A DNA stretch of 64,000 bases from the NCBI GenBank assembly GCA_036275535.1, contig DASUDP010000124.1, forward strand, positions 20,625 through 84,624, read 5' to 3'. How positions within the stretch are numbered: the stretch's first letter is position 1; every line of letters starts with the position of its first letter. Of the stretch, positions 8,844 to 17,317 are shown one piece after another. The DNA comes from Acidimicrobiales bacterium (GTDB lineage: Bacteria > Actinomycetota > Acidimicrobiia > Acidimicrobiales > VFJN01). The position numbers and the translations under genes were made by a program. The notes beneath the pieces were generated by a model. The model did not search any database. It was not told where the DNA came from and saw only the letters and a program-made list of their open reading frames with translations.

Positions 8844-10198
8844 TCGCCCCCACCGTCGACCGACACCCGGTCCGCGGACGGCGGGGCGGACGTCGGATCG
8901 GTGGCGTCCAGGCGACGGAGCCGGACGCGGCCGATGCGCCGCCCCTGCACTCGCTGGGCGGTGAGCTGCCAGCCCTCCACCTCGACCGCCTCGCCCTCGG
9001 CCGGGACGTGGCCCAGCTCGGAGAGGAGCAGGCCACCGATGGTGTCCCAGTCGCCCTCGGGAAGCTGGGCGTGGATGAGGTCGTTCACCTCGTCGAGGGC
9101 CATGCGGGCGTTGACCCGCACGTCGCCCCCGGGGAGCGGCTCGATCATCGGGTCTTCCACGTCGAACTCGTCGACGATCTCGCCGAGCAGCTCCTCGATG
9201 ATGTCCTCCAACGTGACGAGCCCCGCCGTGCCGCCGTACTCGTCCACCGCGATGGCCATGTGGAAGCGCTCGACCTGCATCTCCCGCAGGAGGTCGGCCA
9301 CGCCCTTGGTCTCGGGCACGAAGTGGGCGGGGCGGGCCAGCTCGGCCACGGGGAGGTCGCCCTTGCCGTCGCGGTCGGCCCGCATGAGGTCCTTGGCGTG
9401 CACGACGCCGATGACGTCGTCGATGCCCTCCCCGCAGACCGGGATCCGGCTGTAGCCGTTGAGGATCACGACCTCCATGGCGTCAGCGGCCCGGAAGTCG
9501 GCGGGGATCGTGACCATGTCCGTGCGGGGCACCATGACCTCGCGCACGACGGTGTCGCCCATCTCGATGACGGACTCGATGAGCGCCCGCTCGCCGGCCT
9601 CGATGACAGCCTCCTCGACGGCCATGTCGGCCACGGCCAGGAGCTCGGCCTCCGACGTGTAGGGGCCGCTCTTCAGCCCCTTGCCGGGCAGGATCACGTT
9701 GGTCAGCCCGATCAGGCCCCGGGACAGGAGTCGCAGGGGAGGCCAGTTGGCGAGCACCTTGATCGGCCGGGCGGCGGCCAGGGCGGCCCGGTCGGTGTGC
9801 TGGATGGCCCACGTCTTGGGTGCCACCTCGGCCACCACGAAGAACAGAGTGACGTTGATGACCGTGGCCCCGAGCACGCCCCACGCCCCGAAGAGGCGAC
9901 TGGCCAGCACGCCGAGGAGGGTGGACTGCACGAGCTGGGTCGACAGCACGACGAGGAGCGTCGGGTTGAGCCACTCCTGGTGCTCGACGAGCGACAGGAG
10001 CACCTGACCACGCTTGCCCTTCGTCTCGGCCAGCGCCTGCGCCTTGGCCCTGGTGACGCGGGTGAGCGCCGTCTCGGCTGCGGCCAGCACGATCGAGAGG
10101 AGGAAGAGGACGACGACGGCCGTCGCGATCAGCCAGTCCGCGTTGGACATCGCCGCCGCGAGCACGGTTCCGCTCGAACTTGGAGGGTGGGCGGTCAC
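8840..10198 (-). CDS. CNNM/DUF21 transmembrane + tandem CBS + CorC_HlyC protein (hemolysin/TlyC-CorC family)
   Basis: N-terminal DUF21-type helices (AAETALTRV). CBS-pair region (REVMVPRTDMVTIP...). C-terminal CorC_HlyC-like region. GTG 10198 overlaps the ybeY stop (GTGA); ATG 10150 is an alternative start. Confidence 0.8.
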   Translation of the reverse strand: MTAHPPSSSGTVLAAAMSNADWLIATAVVVLFLLSIVLAAAETALTRVTRAKAQALAETKGKRGQVLLSLVEHQEWLNPTLLVVLSTQLVQSTLLGVLASRLFGAWGVLGATVINVTLFFVVAEVAPKTWAIQHTDRAALAAARPIKVLANWPPLRLLSRGLIGLTNVILPGKGLKSGPYTSEAELLAVADMAVEEAVIEAGERALIESVIEMGDTVVREVMVPRTDMVTIPADFRAADAMEVVILNGYSRIPVCGEGIDDVIGVVHAKDLMRADRDGKGDLPVAELARPAHFVPETKGVADLLREMQVERFHMAIAVDEYGGTAGLVTLEDIIEELLGEIVDEFDVEDPMIEPLPGGDVRVNARMALDEVNDLIHAQLPEGDWDTIGGLLLSELGHVPAEGEAVEVEGWQLTAQRVQGRRIGRVRLRRLDATDPTSAPPSADRVSVDGGGE

Positions 10199-10818
10199 CG
10201 GTGGTGATGGTAGCGGTCGAGGAGCTCGCGCTCCCGGGCCTGCATGGCGGCCGTCTCGTCCGGCTCGGCGTGGTCCATGCCGAGCACGTGGAGGACGCCG
10301 TGCACGACCAGCAGGGCGAGCTCGTCGTCGTAGCTGCCGGCGTGCTCGGGCGCCTGGCGGGCGGCCACGGCCGGGCAGACGACGACATCGCCGAGCAGCA
10401 TCGGGAGCTCGGTCACCTCGGGCGGCTCACGGTCGGGGCCGGTGCTGCCCGAGTCGGGCCAGCGGCCGCCGTCGATGGGGTCGTCGATGGGGAAGGCCAG
10501 GACGTCGGTGGGGCCCTCCTTCTCCATGAACCGGCCGTTGAGCTCGGCCATCACGGCCTCGTCGACGAAGACGAGCGAGAGCTCGGCCTCGCCCCGGACG
10601 CCGGAGTCGTGGAGGACGTTGGTGGCCAGCTCGACCCAGCGGTGCAGCTCGACGGGGTGGTCGGTCTGCTCGTCGACGCCGAACACCTCGACCTCGCCCT
10701 CGGCCGGCGGGCGGCGCTTGCGGTTCGTCATGGGCAGCCGCGGCAGCTCCTCGTCGAAGCCCTCGGGGAGGTCGCTGGGATCGGGCCGGTCGGGCCCGAT
10801 GGGAGGGTCGCCGGCCAT
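10195..10818 (-). CDS. ybeY: rRNA maturation endoribonuclease YbeY
   Basis: Zn-binding HGVLHVLGMDH motif. ATG 10818 overlaps the phoH stop (ATGA). The track ORF 10195..10920 runs further into phoH. ATG 10731 is an alternative start; the Pro/Asp-rich N-terminal extension has coding-like third positions. Confidence 0.85.
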   Translation of the reverse strand: MAGDPPIGPDRPDPSDLPEGFDEELPRLPMTNRKRRPPAEGEVEVFGVDEQTDHPVELHRWVELATNVLHDSGVRGEAELSLVFVDEAVMAELNGRFMEKEGPTDVLAFPIDDPIDGGRWPDSGSTGPDREPPEVTELPMLLGDVVVCPAVAARQAPEHAGSYDDELALLVVHGVLHVLGMDHAEPDETAAMQARERELLDRYHHHR

Positions 10819-12851
10819 CAGCGGTCGTGCTTCGCCGGCGGGGCGGCCCGCTCGTAGGCGTCGACGATGTCCTGCACGATCCGGTGCCGCACCACGTCCC
10901 CGCTGGTGAGGTGCACCCAACCGAGGCCATCGATCCCGGTGAGGATCCGCTCGAGCCCGCCGAGCCCGCTGCGGCCCCCGGCCACGTCCACCTGGGTGGT
11001 GTCGCCGGTGACGACGGCCTTGGACCCGAAGCCGATGCGGGTGAGGAACATCTTCATCTGCTCAGGCGTCGTGTTCTGCGCCTCGTCCAGGATGATGAAG
11101 CTCGAGTTCAGGGTGTTGTGGGTGACGAGGAAGTCATCGGTGACGTAGAGCGAGTCCCCCGCCCCGACCTGGATGCACACGGTCTCCGCCACGCCGGCCG
11201 GCTCGATGCTGTCGACGAACCGCATCGGCCGTCCCGCCCCGAGCTCCCGGTACCGCTGCGCCTTGCGCTCCAGCCGGAACGGCTCGATGCCCGCCGGGAG
11301 CCGGATGTCGAGGATGTACGCATCCTGGCGGTGGTGCACGGCTCGACCCCGGGCCAGCCCCGGCGTGCGGCCGGCGGCAGGGCGGACCCGGCTGTAGGCG
11401 ACACCGCCGAGGGAGCGCACGAGGAACACGACGTCGTCGTGCAGCTGGGGCGAGCAGGTCCTGTAGTGGATCCCGCAGCGGCGAGCGGTCTGCCCCACCG
11501 GGCCGCCGTCGGTGTCGAGCAGCCCTTGGAGGACGGCGAGCCGCACCTCGGACGAGTTGAGGAGGTACTCGAGGGGGAGGAACTTCGTGGCCGAGGTGGT
11601 GCCCGCCAGCATCGTCTCGCGCAGGAGCACCGTCACCGGGTTGGCGAGTGGGCCCCGTCGCGGACCCTCCCGGCGCAGGACGTAGTCGATCTCGTTCTTC
11701 TGGCTGAGCCCGATGCCGTCGAAAGCGGCCTCGACGGCCATCGCCAGCTCAGGGTCTCCGGTCGTGAACGAGGGCGTCGTGCGCGTCGTGAGGCATCCGT
11801 CGCCGAGCAGCAGGCCGAGCGCGTAGGGCTCGATCGAGACGGGCCGCGGCTCGAACTCGACCGGCTGCGACACCAGCGGGAGCTCGAAGCGGCGCTGGTG
11901 GTGCGGCCGGAGGCGCCCCACCATGTCCCGGGTCTGCACGACGCGGCCCGGCTTGCCGTGGCGCCGATCGCTGGGCGTTGTGACGAACCAGAGGTGCTCG
12001 GCACAGGCCAGCGTCTCGGCTCCGTCCTGGGCCCGCACCCGGAACACCTCTCGGCGCCCCTGCGGGAACACACCGAGCACGGGGGTGGGCCGCCCGTCGG
12101 AGCCCACCACCAGATCGCCCACGGCCAGCTCGCCGATGCGGCGCCACCCCCACGGGGTGAGCACGCGCCGGTCGACCGGTTGGGCGCGGCCGCGCATGAA
12201 GGCCAGGGGGGCCACCTCGACCGCGCCGCGCTCGAGGAGCTTGCCGGCGTTCTCGGTGCCGACCATGTCGTGGAGGGCGTCCCACAGCGGGCGCAGGTAG
12301 GGGTCGACCTTGGCCATCAGGTCGCCGGGGAGGAAGCCGAGCCGCTCCCCCGCCTCCACCGCGGGCCGGGTGAGGATGATGCGGTCGACCTGCTTGGACT
12401 GCAGCGCCTGCACTGCCATGGCCACGGCCAGCCAGCTCTTGCCGGTGCCGGCCGGCCCCACGCCGAAGGTGATGACGTTCTCGCGGATGGCGTCGACATA
12501 GCGCTTCTGACCGCTCGACTTCGGTCGCACGGGCCTGCCGCGAGCGGGGCGCAGGACCTCGGCCGTGAGCACCTCGGAGGGGCGCTCGTCGGCCCGCACC
12601 ATCTCGACGCTGCGGCGGACCGTGCCGGCATCGAGCCGGTGGCCCTGCTCGACGAGCACCACCAGGTCCTCGATGAGGGCGCCCACCCGCTCGGCGTCGT
12701 CACCCTCCAGGGCGAACTCGTTGCCCCGCACATGCACCGCGACCTCGGGGAACGCCGCCTCGATGGCCCGGAGCACCTCGTCGCGCTCGCCGAGGAGAGC
12801 TGGCATGAGGTGGTTGCCGGGGACGGAGATCTTGACCTGGGTGCTCGACAC
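10818..12851 (-). CDS. phoH: PhoH-family ATPase interrupted by an in-frame 357-aa intein
   Basis: Walker A GPAGTGKSW, ...LAFMRGR | intein | TLNSSFIILDEAQNTTPEQMKMFLTRIG (Walker B). The exteins sum to 320 aa, the usual PhoH size. GTG start at 12851. Confidence 0.9.
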   Translation of the reverse strand: MSSTQVKISVPGNHLMPALLGERDEVLRAIEAAFPEVAVHVRGNEFALEGDDAERVGALIEDLVVLVEQGHRLDAGTVRRSVEMVRADERPSEVLTAEVLRPARGRPVRPKSSGQKRYVDAIRENVITFGVGPAGTGKSWLAVAMAVQALQSKQVDRIILTRPAVEAGERLGFLPGDLMAKVDPYLRPLWDALHDMVGTENAGKLLERGAVEVAPLAFMRGRAQPVDRRVLTPWGWRRIGELAVGDLVVGSDGRPTPVLGVFPQGRREVFRVRAQDGAETLACAEHLWFVTTPSDRRHGKPGRVVQTRDMVGRLRPHHQRRFELPLVSQPVEFEPRPVSIEPYALGLLLGDGCLTTRTTPSFTTGDPELAMAVEAAFDGIGLSQKNEIDYVLRREGPRRGPLANPVTVLLRETMLAGTTSATKFLPLEYLLNSSEVRLAVLQGLLDTDGGPVGQTARRCGIHYRTCSPQLHDDVVFLVRSLGGVAYSRVRPAAGRTPGLARGRAVHHRQDAYILDIRLPAGIEPFRLERKAQRYRELGAGRPMRFVDSIEPAGVAETVCIQVGAGDSLYVTDDFLVTHNTLNSSFIILDEAQNTTPEQMKMFLTRIGFGSKAVVTGDTTQVDVAGGRSGLGGLERILTGIDGLGWVHLTSGDVVRHRIVQDIVDAYERAAPPAKHDR
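11115..12185 (-). mobile_element. Intein (Hint domain + LAGLIDADG homing endonuclease) with class 3 (WCT) signature
   Basis: Block A AQPVDRRVLTPWGWRRIGEL has Ala at position 1. Block B LACAEHLW. LAGLIDADG motifs YALGLLLGDGCL and LAVLQGLLDTDGG. Block F ETVCIQV. Block G FLVTHN followed by Thr+1. Boundaries were checked codon by codon against the DNA. Confidence 0.85.
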
Positions 12852-12877
12852 GGTCCCGCCAGGCTACCGGTCAGGGG

Positions 12878-13522
12878 TTGCCATCTACGCTGCCGCCCGT
12901 GGTCGCTGGGGAGCATGGGCACACGGGCGGGCGAGGCCCGGCGGAGGCGGGCCGGGGGCCCGACGACCTGCTGCGAGGAGACGGCCGGCCGGGGCTCGTC
13001 GATCGGCTCGAGCGCTGGGTGGCCGAGGCCCGGGTGGACCAGGCCGCGATGGAGCGCAGCCGGGAGCGCTGGCTCCGGGAGGTGGCCGACCAGGAGGCGA
13101 CGCTGGCGGGGACCCTCCTCGACCTCGGCGAGCGCGGGGTGGGAGTGACGGTGCGCACCCGCGCCGGGCGGGCCCACCACGGGACGGTGGAGGTGGTGGG
13201 GTCGGGGTTCGTGGCCGTGCGGCTGCGCAGCGGCGCGGTGACGTTGGTGCGGATGGAGGCGATCAGCGTGGTGCGGACGGCGCCCGCCGAGGAGCTGACC
13301 CTGGGCGACCGGGGCGTCCGCAGCGAGCTGGGCTTCGACGACGTGCTGCGGGAGCTGGCGGCCGACCGGGAGCGGGTGCTGCTGGTGGCCGGGGACGGAG
13401 CTGACGTGGCCAGCGGCGAGCTGCGGGCCGTCGGCCTCGACGTTGCGGTGGTGCGCGGCGAGGGCCCGCCGTCGTCGGTCTACGTGCCCCTCGCCGCGAT
13501 CACCGAGGTGACCGTCGGGTAG
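12878..13522 (+). CDS. Hypothetical protein with two tandem small beta-rich repeats; start uncertain
   Basis: ORF with high third-position G+C and no family I recognise. The listed TTG start is only 26 nt from the divergent phoH start, so a later GTG is possible. Confidence 0.5.
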   Translation: MPSTLPPVVAGEHGHTGGRGPAEAGRGPDDLLRGDGRPGLVDRLERWVAEARVDQAAMERSRERWLREVADQEATLAGTLLDLGERGVGVTVRTRAGRAHHGTVEVVGSGFVAVRLRSGAVTLVRMEAISVVRTAPAEELTLGDRGVRSELGFDDVLRELAADRERVLLVAGDGADVASGELRAVGLDVAVVRGEGPPSSVYVPLAAITEVTVG

Positions 13523-13531
13523 TCGAGGGGC

Positions 13532-13762
13532 CTACTTGGCGCCCTTGGTGACGGGCTCGGGGTAGAGGTGCTCGAGGGTGCCCGGCTCGATCCGGGAGGC
13601 CTCGATGAAGCGGTCCACGTCTTCCGCCTTCAGGCGGATGACCCGCCCCAGGCGGTAGGCGGGGAGCTCGCCGACGTCGATGAACCGGTACAAAGTGCGC
13701 GGAGTGACCCCCAAGCGGCGGGCCGCGTCCTGGGTGGAGAGCCAGGTGATCTCGTCACTCAT
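13532..13762 (-). CDS. Excisionase/MerR-type helix-turn-helix DNA-binding protein
   Basis: MSDEITWLSTQDAARRLGVTPRTLYRFIDVGELPAYRLGRVIRLKAEDVDRFI matches the excisionase-family HTH pattern. ATG 13762 was chosen inside track ORF 13532..13939. Confidence 0.75.
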   Translation of the reverse strand: MSDEITWLSTQDAARRLGVTPRTLYRFIDVGELPAYRLGRVIRLKAEDVDRFIEASRIEPGTLEHLYPEPVTKGAK

Positions 13763-13890
13763 GACCTGCACCGTACACCCGAGGATCGGCTCCTTGGAGA
13801 ACCTTCGTGGATTCCATGCCCTTCCATGGAGGAAGATGGACGAAGCGGAGCGAACTGGTCGATCAAAGAGATCTGAGCGCAGGAGACGGG

Positions 13891-14655
13891 ATGGCGGGAC
13901 GGGGGCGTCCATCGGCCCGAACCGACAGTACGGGGGCACAGAGCGGCGGCACGGCGGCGGCCGACGCCCGGCGCCGAATCGAGCGCGCTCCCACCCTCCC
14001 GGGTAGCCGGGCCCTCCTCGGGGGCCTGCTCGTGACCACCGCGGCCGTCGGCGTGTTCGCGGCCTCCGCGTCCTCCGGGGACGACGACGGCTCTCCCATC
14101 GTGGTCGCGGCGACGGATCTGCGGGCCGGGGAGGTGATCGAGCGCGACGATCTCTCGGTCGCCCGGGGGACCCTCCCCACCGGAGCGGCCGGGTTCGCTT
14201 CGGTGGACGACGTCATCGGCCGGGCGGCCCTCGGCCCCATGGCGCGTGGCGAGCTCATCCAGACCGGTTCGGTGACGCCCGACCGGAGCCTGGGGGCCTC
14301 CCGCCGGGAGGTCGCCCTCACCCTTCCTCGGGAGCAGCTGGCGGTCGGACGGCTGCGAGCGGGCGACCGCGTCGATGTGTTCGTCACCCAGGAGGACCGC
14401 ACCGCAGTGGTGGTGCAGGGGGCCGAGGTGCTGCAGCTCGTGGCATCGGAGGAGGGGTCGCTCACGACGAGCCGCGAGGTCGAGCTGGTGGTGGCTGTCG
14501 AGTCGGGCGACCTGGTGACGGCGCTCGTGCACGCGCTGCGCACCGGGGAGATCACCGTGGTGCGATCCACGTTCGCACAGGAGCAGCCCGCCGCAGCCGG
14601 CGACGGTGTCGACCCCGCCGGTGCCGGCCGCCGCACCGGGGACGAGACGGGCTGA
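13891..14655 (+). CDS. cpaB: SAF-domain Flp pilus assembly protein, CpaB/RcpC-like
   Basis: N-terminal membrane anchor (LLGGLLVTTAAVGVFAA) followed by a SAF-like region (VVAATDLRAGEVIERDDLSV...GELIQTGSV). AGGAGA lies 5 nt upstream of ATG 13891. Confidence 0.7.
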   Translation: MAGRGRPSARTDSTGAQSGGTAAADARRRIERAPTLPGSRALLGGLLVTTAAVGVFAASASSGDDDGSPIVVAATDLRAGEVIERDDLSVARGTLPTGAAGFASVDDVIGRAALGPMARGELIQTGSVTPDRSLGASRREVALTLPREQLAVGRLRAGDRVDVFVTQEDRTAVVVQGAEVLQLVASEEGSLTTSREVELVVAVESGDLVTALVHALRTGEITVVRSTFAQEQPAAAGDGVDPAGAGRRTGDETG

Positions 14656-16004
14656 TGCCCGCCGAGCGCTTCGTCCTCCTGGGTCTGGCCCAGGTGCGCT
14701 CGCCCTGGTTCCGCGAAGCGTCGCGGTGGAGCACGGCAGCATCGCTGCCCATCGAGTTCGTCAAGACGATGTCGACCGAGGAGGTGCGAGCCCGACTCCG
14801 ATCCGGCCGCGCCTACTCCGCCCTCCTCGTGGACGACACGGTGACCGGGCTCGACCGCGACCTCATCGACCTCGCCAGCGAGGTCGGGTGCAGCGTGATC
14901 GTCGTGGACTCGGGGCGCACAGCCCGGCGCTGGCGCGAGCTCGGAGCCTCCGCCACCCTCCCACCCGAGCTCGACCCGGCGACCCTCCTGCAGGTGTTGA
15001 GCCAGGTCGCGCAGCCCGTCTCGCACGGGGACGAGCGGCCGCCGCTCCCGGGGGAGCCCGATCGGCCGTTGGGCTTCCTGGGCCACCTCGTGGCGGTCAC
15101 CGGGCGTGGCGGCGTGGGAACCTCCACCGTGGCGATCGGGCTCGCGCAGCACCTCGCCGACGACCCGCGTCAGGCCGGACTGGTCTGCCTCGCCGACCTC
15201 GCGCTCAACGCCGAGCAGGCCATGCTGCACGGCTCCCCGGACGTCGTGCCCGGCGTGCAGGAGCTCGTCGACGCCCATCGGACAGGGCTGCCCTCCACGG
15301 AGTCCATCCGCGCGCTCACGTGGCAGATCGAACGCCGCGGCTACGACCTGCTCCTCGGCCTGCGGAGGCACCGGGACTGGACGGCCCTTCGGCCGCGAGC
15401 CGTCAGCGCCGCCATCGACGGGTTGCGGCGCAGCTACCGGATCACGGTGGCCGACGTCGACGCCGACCTGGAGGGCGAGCGCGCCACCGGCTCGATCGAC
15501 GTCGAGGAGCGCAACGCCCTCGCTCGGGCCTCCGTCGACGTCGCCGAGCTCGTGGTCGTCGTCGGAGGCCCGGGGATGAAAGGGATCCACGCGCTCGTCC
15601 GATGCGCTCGGGACCTCGTGGAGCACGGCGTCCCTGCGGGGTCGCTCATCCCCGTCGTGAACCGGGCGCCGAAGAGCCCGCGAGCACGGGCCGAGCTGGC
15701 GAGAGCCTTCGGTGATCTCCTCGGAGCCGTCGACGGCAACGGCCGCGCCCCCGTGGCCGCCCCGCTGTTCCTGTCCGAGCGTCGCAACCTCGATACCCTC
15801 CTGCGCGACCGCAGCCGGGTACCCGACGCGTGGATCCGCCCGCTGGCCGGGGCGGTGCTCGCTGTGCTCGACGACCGGCCCGCCGTGTCCCAGCGCGGCC
15901 CCCTCGTACCGGTCGACAACGAGACGCCGGTACGGGTCGCGCCCGGGAGCCTCGGCGTGTGGACCGAGCAGGGCCACGACGGTGTGGCCGAGGGCACGGG
16001 CTGA
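14655..16004 (+). CDS. CpaE/TadZ-like (Ssd-like) ParA/MinD-family ATPase with receiver-like N-domain
   Basis: Deviant P-loop VTGRGGVGTSTVAIGLA without the conserved Lys. The N-terminal about 110 aa look receiver-like. ATGA overlap with cpaB. Confidence 0.7.
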   Translation: MPAERFVLLGLAQVRSPWFREASRWSTAASLPIEFVKTMSTEEVRARLRSGRAYSALLVDDTVTGLDRDLIDLASEVGCSVIVVDSGRTARRWRELGASATLPPELDPATLLQVLSQVAQPVSHGDERPPLPGEPDRPLGFLGHLVAVTGRGGVGTSTVAIGLAQHLADDPRQAGLVCLADLALNAEQAMLHGSPDVVPGVQELVDAHRTGLPSTESIRALTWQIERRGYDLLLGLRRHRDWTALRPRAVSAAIDGLRRSYRITVADVDADLEGERATGSIDVEERNALARASVDVAELVVVVGGPGMKGIHALVRCARDLVEHGVPAGSLIPVVNRAPKSPRARAELARAFGDLLGAVDGNGRAPVAAPLFLSERRNLDTLLRDRSRVPDAWIRPLAGAVLAVLDDRPAVSQRGPLVPVDNETPVRVAPGSLGVWTEQGHDGVAEGTG

Positions 16005-17317
16005 TGACCCCCGCCCACTCGCCGTTGGAGGAGATCGAGCGCGCCGTCCAAGAGCGAGCCAAGGACATCTCCTTGGAGATGGCGGGTCCCGATGGCGCGG
16101 ACAAGCTGCGCGCCCTGATCGCCGACGAGGTGGCCCGCTGGTCGCTCGACCATCGACGAGGGCTTCGGCCCTTCGACCTGGCCCAGCCCGAGGTCGTCGC
16201 CGAACGGGTGCTCCGCAACCTCGCCGGCTACGGACCGCTCCAACCGCTCCTCGAGGACGACGACGTCTGGGAGATCATGGTCAACGCGCCGGACGCCATC
16301 TTCGCCCGTCGCCATGCGGGCCGGTCCGGGTACCACGACGAGGTCTTCCACGACGACGAGCACGTCATCCGCACGCTCACGAAGATCCTCGACGACGCCT
16401 CCTCCTCCCATCGCAAGCTCGACCCGTCGGAGGGCCTCCAGGACGCACAGCTCGACGACGGTGCTCGGATGCACATCGTCCACGCCGACGTCAGCAGCGG
16501 CGGCCATGTGATGGTCAACATCCGCAAGTTCACCGGCGTGGCCTTCCGACACCTCGACGAGCTGGTGGAACGGGACATGCTCACCCAGGAGGTGGCCACC
16601 TTCCTCCGAGCGGCGGTGCGCTCCGGGCTCAGCATCCTCGTCGCCGGGCCGCCCGGCTCGGGCAAGACCACGCTGATGTCCTGCTGCACCGCGGAGCTGG
16701 ATCCGTCCCTGCGGGTGGTGGTGGCGGAAGAGGTCTTCGAGGCCGATGTGCCGCTCCCGAACGTCGCCAGCATGCAGACGCGAGCGGCTCGGCCCGATCG
16801 ACCAGCGGTCGATCTCCGGCGGCTCGTAGCCGGGTTCCTGCGCATGGCCCCGGACGTGGCGGTGGTCGGCGAGGTGCGGGACCGCGAGAGCATGCCGCTG
16901 CTGCTCACGCTCTCATCCGGCGTCCAAGGGTTCACCACGATCCATGCCGGTTCGGCTCGCCAGGCGCTCACCCGCCTGCGATTCATCTGCCAGCTGTCGG
17001 ACACCGCCACCCAGCTGCCGATCTCGGCCCTCAACGCCTTGGTGAGCGAGAGCATCGACGTCGTCGTGCACTGCGGTCGGACGGCAGCGGGACCGCGGGT
17101 CACGGAGGTCGTCGCCGTGGAGGACCTGGCCACCGGTCCCGATGCCGCCCAGTTCACCGCCACGAGCGTGTTCGAGCGGCAGAGCTGGGACGGTCCGCTC
17201 CGATGGACGGGCAACCTCCCCGTGCGAGCCGAGCGGGCGCTCGTCGGGGCCGGCTACGACCTGCGCGCCATCCTCAGCCCGACACCGGGCGCAGAGGTCC
17301 AGGAGGAGCGCTGGTGA
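16004..17317 (+). CDS. tadA: CpaF/TadA-type type II/IV secretion ATPase
   Basis: Walker A VAGPPGSGKTTLM, Asp box and Walker B (VVVAEEVFE), His box region (GFTTIHAGSARQAL). ATG 16004 overlaps the upstream TGA. Confidence 0.85.
   Translation: MTPAHSPLEEIERAVQERAKDISLEMAGPDGADKLRALIADEVARWSLDHRRGLRPFDLAQPEVVAERVLRNLAGYGPLQPLLEDDDVWEIMVNAPDAIFARRHAGRSGYHDEVFHDDEHVIRTLTKILDDASSSHRKLDPSEGLQDAQLDDGARMHIVHADVSSGGHVMVNIRKFTGVAFRHLDELVERDMLTQEVATFLRAAVRSGLSILVAGPPGSGKTTLMSCCTAELDPSLRVVVAEEVFEADVPLPNVASMQTRAARPDRPAVDLRRLVAGFLRMAPDVAVVGEVRDRESMPLLLTLSSGVQGFTTIHAGSARQALTRLRFICQLSDTATQLPISALNALVSESIDVVVHCGRTAAGPRVTEVVAVEDLATGPDAAQFTATSVFERQSWDGPLRWTGNLPVRAERALVGAGYDLRAILSPTPGAEVQEERW

Noticed and set aside
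13532-13762. Excisionase-family HTH gene as evidence for a prophage or integrative element carrying the Tad-like locus.
   Set aside because: No integrase, att-like direct repeats, phage or conjugation genes occur in the flanks, and composition matches the surroundings. A local regulator of the divergent operon is more likely.
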